Of a DNA stretch of 64,000 nt, positions 1-9,770 are shown one piece after another. The translations under genes and the position numbers were made by a program. The stretch comes from Candidatus Latescibacterota bacterium (lineage in GTDB: Bacteria; Latescibacterota; UBA2968; GCA-2709665). The stretch covers positions 480,001 through 544,000 of the forward strand of contig OZ242358.1 of the NCBI GenBank assembly GCA_965208835.1, written 5' to 3'. Below the pieces are notes generated by a model, which did not search any database, was not told where the DNA came from, and saw only the letters and a program-made list of their open reading frames with translations. Each line of letters starts with the position of its first letter. Positions within the stretch are counted from its first letter, which is position 1.

Positions 1-939
1 CACGAGTCCTGCGGGGATTCGTCCCGGCTGGCTCATCACGGCCGGCACTTTGACGGAATTCTCGTACATGTTGAGGGGGCGCGTGCCGTTCCCCTTGCCC
101 CAGAACCCGTGGTGACCGCAACTGAACCCGTTGTCGCTGACAAAGACCACCAGCGTCTGTTCGCGAATTCCGTGCGCTTCGAGCCTGTCCAGAATCCGCC
201 CCACGTCCGCGTCCATCGCGGTCACCGCGGCGAAATACCCCTTCAGCATTTCCCGGTTGCCCAGGCATTGGTCCGTCAACCCGATGGCCCAGGGATGCCG
301 GGCTTCCTGCGGGCAGGAATCGAACGCGCAATCGTCGTACGAATCCACGACCTCCTGCGGATGGCCTGTCCACGGGCTGTGCGGCGCCGTATAGTGCACG
401 CTGAGGTAGAACGGGTCTTCATCGTTCGCGTGCCGGTCGATGAATGCCAGGGCGTCGTCCGTAATGACGTTGGTCACGTATCCCGGCGCATCGATCAGCC
501 TGCCGTCGCGTACCATTGGCGCATCGTTGTATTTGCCGCCGCCCCGCTGGTGTACGAACCAGTGTGCGAACCCGTGCTGCGGTATCCGGCTGTTGCCGAG
601 GTGCCATTTGCCGCTGATTCCGCACGTCCATCCGTGTTCCGCCAGCACATCTGTGTAGGTGACCTCTTCCGCCAGGTAGGATGCAGCGTCCTCCCCCACG
701 TTTCCGCCGCTGATCCAATCGTGCACGCCGTGCTGCGAGGCGATGCGCCCGGTAAGAAACGTCGCGCGGCTGGGGGAACAGACGGGTGTGGCCACGAAGA
801 AATTCTCGAACCGCACGCCAGCATTCGCGATCCGGTCTATATTGGGGGTACGGATCTCCGGATTTCCGTAGCATCCCGCCGCCCAGACCCCCTGGTCGTC
901 CGTAAGAATAAACACGACGTTCGATCTGCCGGAAGCCAC
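1..939 (-). CDS. Sulfatase (formylglycine-dependent), runs off the window start
   Basis: Reverse strand from GTG at 939 reads ...NVVFILTDDQGVWAAGCYGNPEIRTPNID...VCSPSRATFLTGR, with the CxPxR motif. Not in the ORF track because it is truncated. Confidence 0.9.
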   Translation of the reverse strand, partial: MASGRSNVVFILTDDQGVWAAGCYGNPEIRTPNIDRIANAGVRFENFFVATPVCSPSRATFLTGRIASQHGVHDWISGGNVGEDAASYLAEEVTYTDVLAEHGWTCGISGKWHLGNSRIPQHGFAHWFVHQRGGGKYNDAPMVRDGRLIDAPGYVTNVITDDALAFIDRHANDEDPFYLSVHYTAPHSPWTGHPQEVVDSYDDCAFDSCPQEARHPWAIGLTDQCLGNREMLKGYFAAVTAMDADVGRILDRLEAHGIREQTLVVFVSDNGFSCGHHGFWGKGNGTRPLNMYENSVKVPAVMSQPGRIPAGLV

Positions 940-1176
940 GATCCGCTCCCTCTTTTCAAAGACTCCAGCCCGCCGGGGCATCGCTTGAAATGCCGCAATT
1001 CATACGGAATATTCGATTCCGCAATCTAATGAGACTGCCCGGAAAAATCAACGCGAATGCCCTGCGACCCCCGCGTCATTTGTCCTTGCCTTCCATCGGT
1101 TAAGGGCGGTATTCTACAAAAGCGGGGAGACGGGAGTCGCGGTTGACGGAAGGTGTTCCGACCGCCGCCGAAGGCA

Positions 1177-1201
1177 GGGCGCCCACAAGGGACGCCCCTA
1201 C
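1177..1201 (-). repeat. Solitary GTAG-family REP hairpin
   Basis: Reverse complement GTAGGGGCGTCCCTTGTGGGCGCCC matches the REPs at 8.3-14 kb. Confidence 0.8.
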
Positions 1202-1288
1202 GAACCATTGACAAGGCCGGGAATCTACGTCGTAACGGTCGATGATCCTGTCGAGACTGAAGCACATGTATAAGCTGGGGAAATCGCC

Positions 1289-2197
1289 ATGGATATCACA
1301 TGTCTTAACCACTGCATGACGGACGAACAGCGGGAACATTTCGATCAGCAGGGCTTTCTGATCGTCGAAGATGCGCTGGATTCGGGAATGCTGGAAAGGC
1401 TCCTGGACGCCGGTGACCGCGTGGATGCGCGTGAACGGAAAACACAGGGCGTCGGAGCCGGTCAAATCATGAACAAATTTCGAAGCATCGTCGAAGATGC
1501 CGCGTTCCTGGATCTGCTGGACCTGCCAAAGACGTTTCCCCTAATCTGGGACATCCTGGGCTGGAACGTCCAGCACTACATTTCCCACCTGGTCTATTAC
1601 CCGCCGGAGCACCCGGACAGGGCAGATTCGAAAACGGGCGGTTGGCATCAGGACGGCGGCCGTCCCGTACCCGAGATGGAGCGCCCGCATCCCCGGCTGT
1701 CCCTGAAAGTCGCGTTCTGGCTGACTGACACGAGCGCACCGGACCGGGGCGGAATTCGCATTGTTCCGGGCAGCCACAAGCGCGACATCCCACCGGAACG
1801 CTGGCCTGAAGGCGGAAACGGGTCGCCCGGAGCGTCGGGGTTCGAAGACATGGTACAGGTCAGGGTAAAGGCCGGAACAGCGGTCCTCTTCGACAGGCGT
1901 CTGTGGCATTCGCGGGGGTTCAATACCTCCGATATCACGCGAAAAGTGTTGTTTCTGGGTTACAGCTACCGCTGGCTCAGAGGGTTGGACTACAACCTGA
2001 TTCCGGACGAAATCCTTGAGGGATGCGATCCGATTCGACGCCAGCTTCTGGGAGACGGGGTGGACGTCAAGGGATGGTGGCAGCCGACGGATGCCGACGT
2101 GCCGCTCAAGGGATGGCTACTGGAGCACAAGGGCGAGTCCTACGTGGAAAAGATCGGACAGAAGCAATGGGAACGGGAAAAATGGGCTGTGTCCTGA
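1289..2197 (+). CDS. Phytanoyl-CoA dioxygenase (PhyH) family Fe(II)/2OG dioxygenase
   Basis: FDQQGFLIVEDAL, WHQDG (HxD), IVPGSHK and LWHSRG motifs. Confidence 0.9.
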   Translation: MDITCLNHCMTDEQREHFDQQGFLIVEDALDSGMLERLLDAGDRVDARERKTQGVGAGQIMNKFRSIVEDAAFLDLLDLPKTFPLIWDILGWNVQHYISHLVYYPPEHPDRADSKTGGWHQDGGRPVPEMERPHPRLSLKVAFWLTDTSAPDRGGIRIVPGSHKRDIPPERWPEGGNGSPGASGFEDMVQVRVKAGTAVLFDRRLWHSRGFNTSDITRKVLFLGYSYRWLRGLDYNLIPDEILEGCDPIRRQLLGDGVDVKGWWQPTDADVPLKGWLLEHKGESYVEKIGQKQWEREKWAVS

Positions 2198-2228
2198 TTC
2201 CCGACCCGCATTTCAGGGAGGAAGAGCA

Positions 2229-3998
2229 ATGGACCAGGAATCCATGAGCCACGAAGAGAATTACTGCTTCGACGTTGGAGGTTACCTCGTTGTCAGGGGT
2301 GTCCTCGGAAGGGGCGAGGTTGCCGCCCTGAATTCGGCGATCGATACCAGCGGGAGGAATGAGGGCATGCTGGGTTGGCCGCATCCGTTGCGCGAGCCCT
2401 TTCGCGACCTTCTCGTCCACCCGCACCTCGTTTGGTACCTGAACCAGATTGTCGGGCAGGGCTTCCGCCTGGAAACCGAACCGGAGCTGCTTTGCGACGA
2501 CACCTGCGAAACGAATGCGCCCCTTCAGGGTGGCAACGAACCGCGCGATCCAACCCGGGCGTACTACTACCAGAACGGACGCCGCTTCAGTGAAACGGTC
2601 CGGGCGGTGTGGGCCCTTGCGGACGCGGAAGCGGGCGCGGGCGGCTTTGTCATGGTGCCCTGCTCTCACAAATCCAATGTGGAGACCCCGGACGACGTGC
2701 TTACCGGCAATGACGATATGGGTGTCACGCTGCAGCCCGCGCTGGAGGCGGGCGACCTGCTTCTGGTCGCAGGCGCCCTGCTGCAGGGCATGCGACCATG
2801 GAAGGGGGCAGGACCGCAGCGCCTTCTGTCGTATGACTTCGCGGGCCGGGGCGCCATCCGCTGTGCGGGGACAGGTCCGAAAACCAGAGAAGCCCCCACG
2901 CCTGAATGGATGTCCGCCATTTCACCCGAGCAGAGGGCATCGATCTGGCGGCCCGGCTACCGGAGCACGTCGCCGCCGCCAACGGTCCGCACGGACGGAA
3001 AGACGGCGCGCCTCGACGAATCCCGGGAAATCTACCATCCGTCCATCTATATCAGAAATCCCGATTCCCGCATCGACGAGAAGGAGTTCTATTTCTGGGA
3101 CCTCTGCGGTCATCTCGTCCTCCGGAACGTGATGGACGAAGCGTGGCTGGAACAGGCCAACGCCGCAATCGACCGGTTCGACGACAGGATCGAGGTGGGC
3201 GGCGAGCTCTCCCGCGGATCGAAGGCGCTGGCCGGAACCGGCCGGCCGCTGCTGCCCAACCTGCTGCGCCTTCCGGAACCCTATTGCAATCCCTTCCGGC
3301 GCATGGTCGCGCACCCCGTTGTGGAGCACCGTCTCAACTGGATGGGCGCCAGTGGCGTACGGTTTGGCGACGCCACCGCCTTCTGTTCCGTGAAGGGCGG
3401 TTCCGGCCACTCCCTGCACGATGCGAACGAACCGCTCAATCCCGGGCGCGGCTATGTCTACCAGAACGGCCGCAGCTATTGCGAGGCCGTGACGGTGAGT
3501 TGGCAGCTGCGGGACGTGCCCGCGGGACTGGGCGGATTCGCATGCGTGCCCGGAAGCCATAAAGCCCAGTACCGCGTGCCGCCGGGGGTGCGGTCGTGCG
3601 ACGACGACATGGGGCTGGTCGTGCAGCCCGAAATGAAGGCCGGCGACGTGCTCTTCTTTATGGACGGGGGTCAGACGCACGGCGCCCTGGCGTGGAAGAA
3701 CGAGATCGCCCGCCGTGCGATCCTGATCAAATATTCCTCCCGCAACTTCAACCGCAGCGGCGGCGAGATGGTGCACCCGGAGAACCGGTGGGGTGAGCTC
3801 GTTGACGAGATGACCGACGCGCAGTTGGCGGTCATGCGCGGACCGGACCGGGATGTCTTCAACCAGAACGTCCCCCGGCTGGAAGTCAGCGACGGGCAGG
3901 TTTCGGTGTCGTACGAGCGGGGCGGCGCCCTGTACAGCAAGGATGCCCCAACCGGGCCGCTCGCCTCGAAAGACAGCAGCACATCCAAACAGCGTTAG
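2229..3998 (+). CDS. Tandem two-domain PhyH-family dioxygenase
   Basis: Two PhyH repeats (FDVGGYLVVRGVL...VPCSHK; WDLCGHLVLRNVM...VPGSHK). Start taken at ATG 2229, after a GGAGG RBS. Confidence 0.85.
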   Translation: MDQESMSHEENYCFDVGGYLVVRGVLGRGEVAALNSAIDTSGRNEGMLGWPHPLREPFRDLLVHPHLVWYLNQIVGQGFRLETEPELLCDDTCETNAPLQGGNEPRDPTRAYYYQNGRRFSETVRAVWALADAEAGAGGFVMVPCSHKSNVETPDDVLTGNDDMGVTLQPALEAGDLLLVAGALLQGMRPWKGAGPQRLLSYDFAGRGAIRCAGTGPKTREAPTPEWMSAISPEQRASIWRPGYRSTSPPPTVRTDGKTARLDESREIYHPSIYIRNPDSRIDEKEFYFWDLCGHLVLRNVMDEAWLEQANAAIDRFDDRIEVGGELSRGSKALAGTGRPLLPNLLRLPEPYCNPFRRMVAHPVVEHRLNWMGASGVRFGDATAFCSVKGGSGHSLHDANEPLNPGRGYVYQNGRSYCEAVTVSWQLRDVPAGLGGFACVPGSHKAQYRVPPGVRSCDDDMGLVVQPEMKAGDVLFFMDGGQTHGALAWKNEIARRAILIKYSSRNFNRSGGEMVHPENRWGELVDEMTDAQLAVMRGPDRDVFNQNVPRLEVSDGQVSVSYERGGALYSKDAPTGPLASKDSSTSKQR

Positions 3999-4082
3999 CA
4001 GCCCGTTGAAGAAGCCCATCCGGGCCGGGACACCAAGCCTCGTCTTCAGAGCGACTCTTCCAACGGACTGTTAGGGGAACTG

Positions 4083-4760
4083 ATGCCGACAGACGTCACC
4101 ACCATATTCTTCGATGGCTACGAGACGCTGTTCGCTGGCGCTATGGACAAACTGCATGCGATGTGCGGCCGCATCGTCCGTGAGCAGAAACTCGGCATGT
4201 CCGCAATGGATTTCTTCAACACGTGGGACCTGTCGTTTTTTCCGCTCCTCAGGGGCGAGACGTTTTACACGATGCGGCAGGCGCATCTCATCAGCCTCGA
4301 GCTGACGCTTGAGAAACTGGACAAACGCGTCTCCTTCGAACATTACGTCGACGGCCTGTTCGAGGTTTTCGCCGACGCGCCTCTCTACGAAGATGTCAAG
4401 CCCGCGGTGGCCGGGCTCGAGTCCTTTCGGACAGGCGTGATATCCAACGCGGACGAGGACCATCTGAACATCGCGCTCCGGAAAAACAACCTGTCATTTC
4501 CGGTGGTCGTCAGCTCGGAATCCGCCCGCGCGTACAAACCGGCGCCGGAGATCTTCCATGAAGGCCTGCGCCTGATCGGCAGCCGCCCGGATGAGACCCT
4601 CTACGTGGGGGATTCCCAGGACGACGACATCGTCGGCGCGCGGCGGGCGGGCATCAGGGTCGCCTGGCTGAACCGCAAGGGCGAGACGCTCAAGCCGAAC
4701 GTCCCGCAGCCGGACTACGAGATATCCAGCCTCCGGGAGGTTGCCGGACTGGCGTCATAG
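4083..4760 (+). CDS. HAD-superfamily hydrolase (haloacid dehalogenase-like)
   Basis: FFDGYETL, SN, KP.PEIF and VGDS.DDDI motifs. Confidence 0.9.
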   Translation: MPTDVTTIFFDGYETLFAGAMDKLHAMCGRIVREQKLGMSAMDFFNTWDLSFFPLLRGETFYTMRQAHLISLELTLEKLDKRVSFEHYVDGLFEVFADAPLYEDVKPAVAGLESFRTGVISNADEDHLNIALRKNNLSFPVVVSSESARAYKPAPEIFHEGLRLIGSRPDETLYVGDSQDDDIVGARRAGIRVAWLNRKGETLKPNVPQPDYEISSLREVAGLAS

Positions 4761-4821
4761 TTCAAGTCCTCCCGCAACCGATTCCGGACTCTTCCGGTAC
4801 CGGACCAGCCGTCGACCGAAC

Positions 4822-4868
4822 AAAAAATAGCCCGCAACGCATCTCCTGAGGAGGTGCATCGCAGGCTG
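4822..4868 (-). terminator. Rho-independent terminator after the peroxiredoxin gene
   Basis: Long GC stem-loop followed by a T-run on the minus strand, between convergent genes. Confidence 0.6.
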
Positions 4869-4893
4869 AGAGGTATCGATACCTGGAGGCGCG

Positions 4894-5529
4894 CTATTTG
4901 TTCGGTTGCGGGGTGTACCTCAGGTAGGGTTTGATGGTTGTAAACCCCTTGGGGAATTTCTCGGTCGCCTCATCGTCAGTCACTGCCGGAACAATGATGC
5001 AGTCCTCGCCGTCCTCCCAGTTGACGGGCGTTGCCACCTGGTGGTAGGCCGTCAACTGCAGCGAATCGATCACCCGCAGGATCTCGGCGAAATTCCGCCC
5101 GGTAGAAGCCGGATAGGTCAATGTCAGCTTGACCTTCTTGTCCGGCCCGATCACGAACACGGACCTGACCGTGGCCTTGTCGTCCTCGTTCGGGTGAATC
5201 ATATCGTACATGCTGGCCACCGATTTGTCCGGGTCCGCAATCAGCGGGAAGTTCATCGTGGTATTCTGGGTCTCGTTGATGTCGCTGACCCAGCCGTGAT
5301 GAGAGTCCAGCGGGTCCACGCTCACCCCGATTACCTTTACATTCCGCTTTTCAAACTCCGCCTTCAACTTGGCAACCGCGCCCAGTTCGGTGGTACAGAC
5401 CGGCGTATAATCGGCGGGATGAGAGAACAGGATACCCCAGCCGTCTCCAAGCCATTCGTGAAAGCGGACCGTGCCCTCGGTCGTCTCGGCCGTAAAATCG
5501 GGTGCGTCGTCCCCCAGTCGCAACGGCAT
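4894..5529 (-). CDS. 1-Cys peroxiredoxin (Prx6 family)
   Basis: FSHPADYTPVCTTE and YPASTGRNF motifs. Confidence 0.95.
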   Translation of the reverse strand: MPLRLGDDAPDFTAETTEGTVRFHEWLGDGWGILFSHPADYTPVCTTELGAVAKLKAEFEKRNVKVIGVSVDPLDSHHGWVSDINETQNTTMNFPLIADPDKSVASMYDMIHPNEDDKATVRSVFVIGPDKKVKLTLTYPASTGRNFAEILRVIDSLQLTAYHQVATPVNWEDGEDCIIVPAVTDDEATEKFPKGFTTIKPYLRYTPQPNK

Positions 5530-5757
5530 AGCAGACCTCCTTATATTTGTGAAACTTCGGGACGCTCCGGTTTACCGGGCGTTTTCGGGTAACCGAAACC
5601 CTTCCAACGCTTTTGCGAATACTGAGACCGGTACCGGACAGGATAATAAAGAAAGGAACTGGAATATCGATGTCAAGGGATTTATCGAAAACAGGCGCAT
5701 CATTTGTCTGGCAGTGTTCGGACGGCGCCGATGCCTGAAGTAAAGAAAGAGGCCGCC

Positions 5758-8208
5758 ATGCAATCCCATGCGCGCCTGGTTGTGATCGGCGCCGGCATCG
5801 TTGGCTGCAGCGCGGTCTACCATCTTACGCGAATGGGCTGGAAGGACATTGCGGTCCTGGACCAGGGGCCGCTGTTCGATACCGGCGGCTCGACGTCCCA
5901 CGCGCCGGGGCTGGTCTTCCAGACCAACTTTTCAAAGATGATGACCGGCCTGTCGGGAAAGACCGTTTCGTTGTACAACTCCCTGGACCTGGACGGGGAT
6001 CCCTGTTTTTATCCTGTCGGGAGCTTCGAAGTCGCTTACACCCCCGAACGCTTGGTAGACCTGAAACGCAAACTGGGCGCCGCCAGATCCTGGGAGCTGG
6101 AAGCCCATCTCATGTCGCCTGAAGAGGCCGGATCCAGGCTCCCTCTGCTCGATGCGGATCGGATTCATGGCGCGTACTATGTTCCCTCCGACGGCATCGC
6201 CAAAGCCGTACGCGCCTGCGAGGCAATGGCGCGCGCGTCGGAACCCGGCGCCGCGTTTCACGGTAAAACCACAGTCACCGGTATCGAGGTCGCCAACGGC
6301 ACGGTGAGGGGGGTAAATACCGACCGGGGCCGCATTGCCGCGGACCACGTGTTGATCTGCGCGGGAATCTGGGGCCCTCGCATCGGCCGCATGGCGGGCA
6401 TTTCCATTCCGCTCACCCCTGTGCAGCATCTCTACGCCCTCACCGCGCCGCTGCCGGAACTGGCGGGAGAAACCCGCGAAGTCGTCCATCCCATCCTGCG
6501 CCACCAGGACTCCGCCATGTATTTCCGGCAGCATGGCGACCGGTATGGCATCGGGTCCTACAGACACGAGCCGCTTCTGGTGCGTCCGGACGACCTGGTC
6601 AGCCCGGATGAAGCCAGGCTTTCACCCTCCATCATGGAGTTCACCCCGGAGCACTTCGCGGCGGCTCGCGAAGCGGCGGACGAACTCCTTCCCGCCCTCC
6701 GGAACGCTATGTTCGACTACCGGATCAACGGTCTCTTCTCCTTCACGCCGGATGGGCTGCCCCTTCTCGGAGAGTCCGTTGACGTTCGCGGTCTCTGGGT
6801 TGCGGAGGCCGTGTGGATCACGCATGGCGGCGGCGTCGGGCAGGCCGTTGCGGAATGGATGGATTCCGGCGCGTCCGAAATCGATCTGGGTGACGCCGAC
6901 CTGAACCGCTTCGGTCCGCACGTCCACACCCGGGAATATGTCGAAGCCCGGGGGGCGCAGCAGTACCGCGAGGTGTATGATATCATCCACCCGCTGGAAC
7001 AGATGGACCATCCGCGCGGCCTGCGTGTGAGCCCGTTTCATCCGCGGCTTGAGAAACTCGACGCGGTGTTCTTCGAAAACGCCGGATGGGAGCGCCCGCA
7101 GTGGTTTGGCGCCAATGGCGTCCTGGTGGACGTGGAAGACGACCTGCCATCGCGCGCCGGGTGGGAGGCGCGGTACTGGTCTCCCATCCAGGGTGCGGAA
7201 CACCGGGCCACGAGGCGCGGCGCGGGGCTGTGCGACATCACCCCGTTCACGAAGATCGAAATCGCCGGCGCGGGCGCCATGGATTTTCTGCAGCGCATCG
7301 CCGCCAACCGGATCGACCGGCCGGTTGGAACGGTGATCTATACGGCGCTGCTCAACGCGAGGGGCGGCATTGTCGCCGACCTGACCGTCACCCGCGTGGC
7401 CGCGGACCGGTTCCTGGTTCTCACCGGCGCCGCGTCGGGGATTCGGGATCTGGCGTGGATTTTCCGCCACGCCCGGGATGAACGCGCCGTTCACGTCGCG
7501 GACGTGACCTCCGCCCGTTGCGGCGTGGGCCTCTGGGGGCCCGAAGCCCGAAGGATTCTCCAGCGGGTCTGCGGTGACGATCTGACGAACCGAGCGTTCC
7601 CCTATTTTTCAGCGCGGGAGATCCGGATCGGCGCCGTTCCCGCCCTCGCGCTGCGGCTGTCCTACGTGGGAGAACTGGGTTGGGAGCTCTACGCCCCGGC
7701 TGAATTCGGGCTCCGCCTGTGGGACACGCTCTGGGAGGCCGGCGGCGACCACGGGCTCGTCGCGCTGGGCGGCGGGGCATTCGACTCGCTCCGCCTTGAA
7801 AAGGGATACCGGCTGTGGGGCGCGGATATCCACACGGAGTACAACCCGTATGAAGCCGGCCTCGGATGGGCGGTCAGACTCGATAAGGGCGACTTCACGG
7901 GGCGGGACGCCCTGCTGAGAATCCGGGAAGAGGGAATCCAACGGAAGCTCTGCTGCCTTACCCTGGACGATCCGGAAGCGGTTGTGATGGGCAAGGAACC
8001 CATACTGGACGGCAGCCGCGTTCTCGGGTACGTCACCAGCGCCAATCACGGTTACACCGTCGGCCGATTCATCGCCTATGGCTACCTGCCGCTGGAATAC
8101 GCGCAGCCTGGCACATCCGTGGAAATCGAATACTTCGGCGAACGCAATCCGGCCACGGTCTCGCGCGAACCGCTCTACGACCCCCGCGGGGTGAAAATGA
8201 AATCGTGA
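5758..8208 (+). CDS. Dimethylglycine oxidase/dehydrogenase-like flavoprotein (DAO + GcvT domains)
   Basis: GAGIVG FAD motif, GGSTSHAPGLVFQTN as in dimethylglycine oxidase, and GcvT motifs LSYVGELGWE and SLRLEKGY. Confidence 0.85.
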   Translation: MQSHARLVVIGAGIVGCSAVYHLTRMGWKDIAVLDQGPLFDTGGSTSHAPGLVFQTNFSKMMTGLSGKTVSLYNSLDLDGDPCFYPVGSFEVAYTPERLVDLKRKLGAARSWELEAHLMSPEEAGSRLPLLDADRIHGAYYVPSDGIAKAVRACEAMARASEPGAAFHGKTTVTGIEVANGTVRGVNTDRGRIAADHVLICAGIWGPRIGRMAGISIPLTPVQHLYALTAPLPELAGETREVVHPILRHQDSAMYFRQHGDRYGIGSYRHEPLLVRPDDLVSPDEARLSPSIMEFTPEHFAAAREAADELLPALRNAMFDYRINGLFSFTPDGLPLLGESVDVRGLWVAEAVWITHGGGVGQAVAEWMDSGASEIDLGDADLNRFGPHVHTREYVEARGAQQYREVYDIIHPLEQMDHPRGLRVSPFHPRLEKLDAVFFENAGWERPQWFGANGVLVDVEDDLPSRAGWEARYWSPIQGAEHRATRRGAGLCDITPFTKIEIAGAGAMDFLQRIAANRIDRPVGTVIYTALLNARGGIVADLTVTRVAADRFLVLTGAASGIRDLAWIFRHARDERAVHVADVTSARCGVGLWGPEARRILQRVCGDDLTNRAFPYFSAREIRIGAVPALALRLSYVGELGWELYAPAEFGLRLWDTLWEAGGDHGLVALGGGAFDSLRLEKGYRLWGADIHTEYNPYEAGLGWAVRLDKGDFTGRDALLRIREEGIQRKLCCLTLDDPEAVVMGKEPILDGSRVLGYVTSANHGYTVGRFIAYGYLPLEYAQPGTSVEIEYFGERNPATVSREPLYDPRGVKMKS

Positions 8209-8302
8209 CGGGCTAAACCGGGTGTGCGGGAATAAGGGTACCCGCGAGGGGTGCACGGCGTTACCGAGGCGGGGATCTGTTGTGCCATCGACAGAGAACC
8301 CA

Positions 8303-8488
8303 GGGCACCCACAAGGGGTGCCCCTACGACGTCGTGGTCGGTCGTGGGGGATTGCGTTGGAGAGGTACAGACGAATTCGGGGAACACGTCGAATGGAATC
8401 TTGTACGTTGAATTGAGGACATATGTTGCGATGTCTGACCACCTGGGTGGGATTGTTCCAGGTGTAAGGGCGCCCCTTGTGGGCGCTC
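8303..8488. repeat. Composite REP repeat, copy 1 (inverted REP + 136-bp spacer + REP)
   Basis: GGGCACCCACAAGGGGTGCCCCTAC...GTAAGGGCGCCCCTTGTGGGCGC; spacer homologous to copies 2-4. Confidence 0.9.
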
Positions 8489-8525
8489 TTACGTTTTGCC
8501 ATTGCCGCGCAGTGAAACGCGTTTT

Positions 8526-8570
8526 CAAAAAAGACAGACCCCCTGGGGAAACTGAATCTCCCAGGGGGTC
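8526..8570 (-). terminator. Rho-independent terminator of the RDD gene
   Basis: GACCCCCTGGG...CCCAGGGGGTC stem with a T-run on the minus strand. Confidence 0.75.
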
Positions 8571-8596
8571 ACATGTGTGTTGTCCGGAAATTCGTT

Positions 8597-9058
8597 CTAA
8601 TTCTCCTCGCGATCTTCTTTATTAACGATTATACAACCAGCAATCATATCGTGAAGGGTCTGCTTTCGTTCAGTAAACGCCGCCATAACATAACCAATAT
8701 AGGCAGTCATTCTGGAGATCATCTTTGCAAAATGACGACCGGAAGCTCGCGCAAACGAAATACGGTTTCCCTTGAGATCGGTAACTACAATGCCGAGAGC
8801 CAACTTGCCTAACGTGGCTTGTAGACTGGAAGATTCCATTATGGCATAGTATAGCCAATCAATGGAGAGATAGCAGATCAGGAAGCCGATCATCACAGTA
8901 ACAAAAAATGCATCTCCTGCGAGAAATGCACCCGCCGTACGCGTACCGAAGTCATAGAACCAGGCGCCCAAAGCAGCATATATTCCAGCAAATGTCCCGG
9001 TAATCAACACGTCAACAATAGCTGCTGCAAAACGCTTCCAGAATCTTGCAAGGGTCAT
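8597..9058 (-). CDS. RDD family membrane protein
   Basis: ARFWKRFAAAIVD, QATLGKLALGIVV and QTLHDMIAG motifs; AGGAGG RBS before ATG 9058. Confidence 0.9.
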   Translation of the reverse strand: MTLARFWKRFAAAIVDVLITGTFAGIYAALGAWFYDFGTRTAGAFLAGDAFFVTVMIGFLICYLSIDWLYYAIMESSSLQATLGKLALGIVVTDLKGNRISFARASGRHFAKMISRMTAYIGYVMAAFTERKQTLHDMIAGCIIVNKEDREEN

Positions 9059-9109
9059 CTTTCGCCTCCTGCGGTATCTAACCTTGATTTGTAAGTCTTC
9101 GGGAACGAT

Positions 9110-9272
9110 AATTCGAATATGTGCTTGTAAATAAAGGCGATTAAACGGCGGATTACCAGGATACACCAGGTCACTGGACGTCAAGGGAAAAGACGTCATT
9201 CCATACGTCGATATTGCCCCGTTTAGGAGGGTTTTATCGCGTCGCCGCGTTGCAGTTTTTTTCGGATTGAGG
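9110..9272. repeat. Dispersed 163-bp non-coding repeat, copy A
   Basis: Ungapped similarity to 54247-54409, including an identical GGCGGATTACCAGGATACACCAGGTCA. Confidence 0.85.
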
Positions 9273-9429
9273 ATGATGCCACCTCAAACCACGGTTACCG
9301 TGAGTTTAGACAACAAGGTATCTTCGTTTGTTTCAAGATCAAAACAGCTCCGACACCTGCTGAACCAGGTACCGTCCCGTTCCACGGATCCGACGGAATG
9401 GAAATCCGCAGGATTGACGTCTTAGCGGG

Positions 9430-9465
9430 GACGTCGACGTCATCAGTCCTTGGGAACCGCAGTGA
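9430..9465 (+). pseudogene. Remnant 3' end of a vapC-like gene
   Basis: Encodes DVDVISPWEPQ*; 30/36 nt identical to the end of vapC at 11273-11308 (DVRVINPWERR*). Confidence 0.65.
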
Positions 9466-9480
9466 CCTGGAGAGAAACCA

Positions 9481-9667
9481 GGGCACCCACAAGGGGTGCC
9501 CCTACACCATCACGGTCGGTCGTGGATGAATGAGGAGGAGAGGTACAGGCGAATTGGGGGAACATTCTGCACCGATTGAAATCCGCTGGATTGACAACAA
9601 ATGTTGCGATGTCTAACCACCTGCGCGGAATTGTACGAATTGTAAGGGGCGCCCCTTGTGGGTGCCC
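9481..9667. repeat. Composite REP repeat, copy 2
   Basis: Same architecture as copy 1, with a 136-bp spacer (9506-9641). Confidence 0.9.
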
Positions 9668-9693
9668 GCCTGTCTTTTGCCTCGCTTGAGAGC

Positions 9694-9728
9694 TTGACAT
9701 CGCCCGATAAAGTAATTACTATAATTAC
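9694..9728 (+). promoter_or_regulatory. Sigma70-type promoter with overlapping operator palindrome for the mazEF-like operon
   Basis: TTGACA-17 bp-TACTAT; inverted repeat GTAATTA-CTA-TAATTAC. Confidence 0.65.
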
Positions 9729-9770
9729 ATAACGTCCTTCATAGTTTAAATCCAACCAGAGGTCAGCAAT

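Noticed and set aside
9443-9700. Small peptide encoded across the composite repeats (…ATFVVNP…VGAPLVGAL), faintly resembling RAYT IDTFVVMP
   Set aside because: There is no consistent start or RBS across copies and the match is too short to support. It is noted only as a possible RAYT-derived origin of the spacer.
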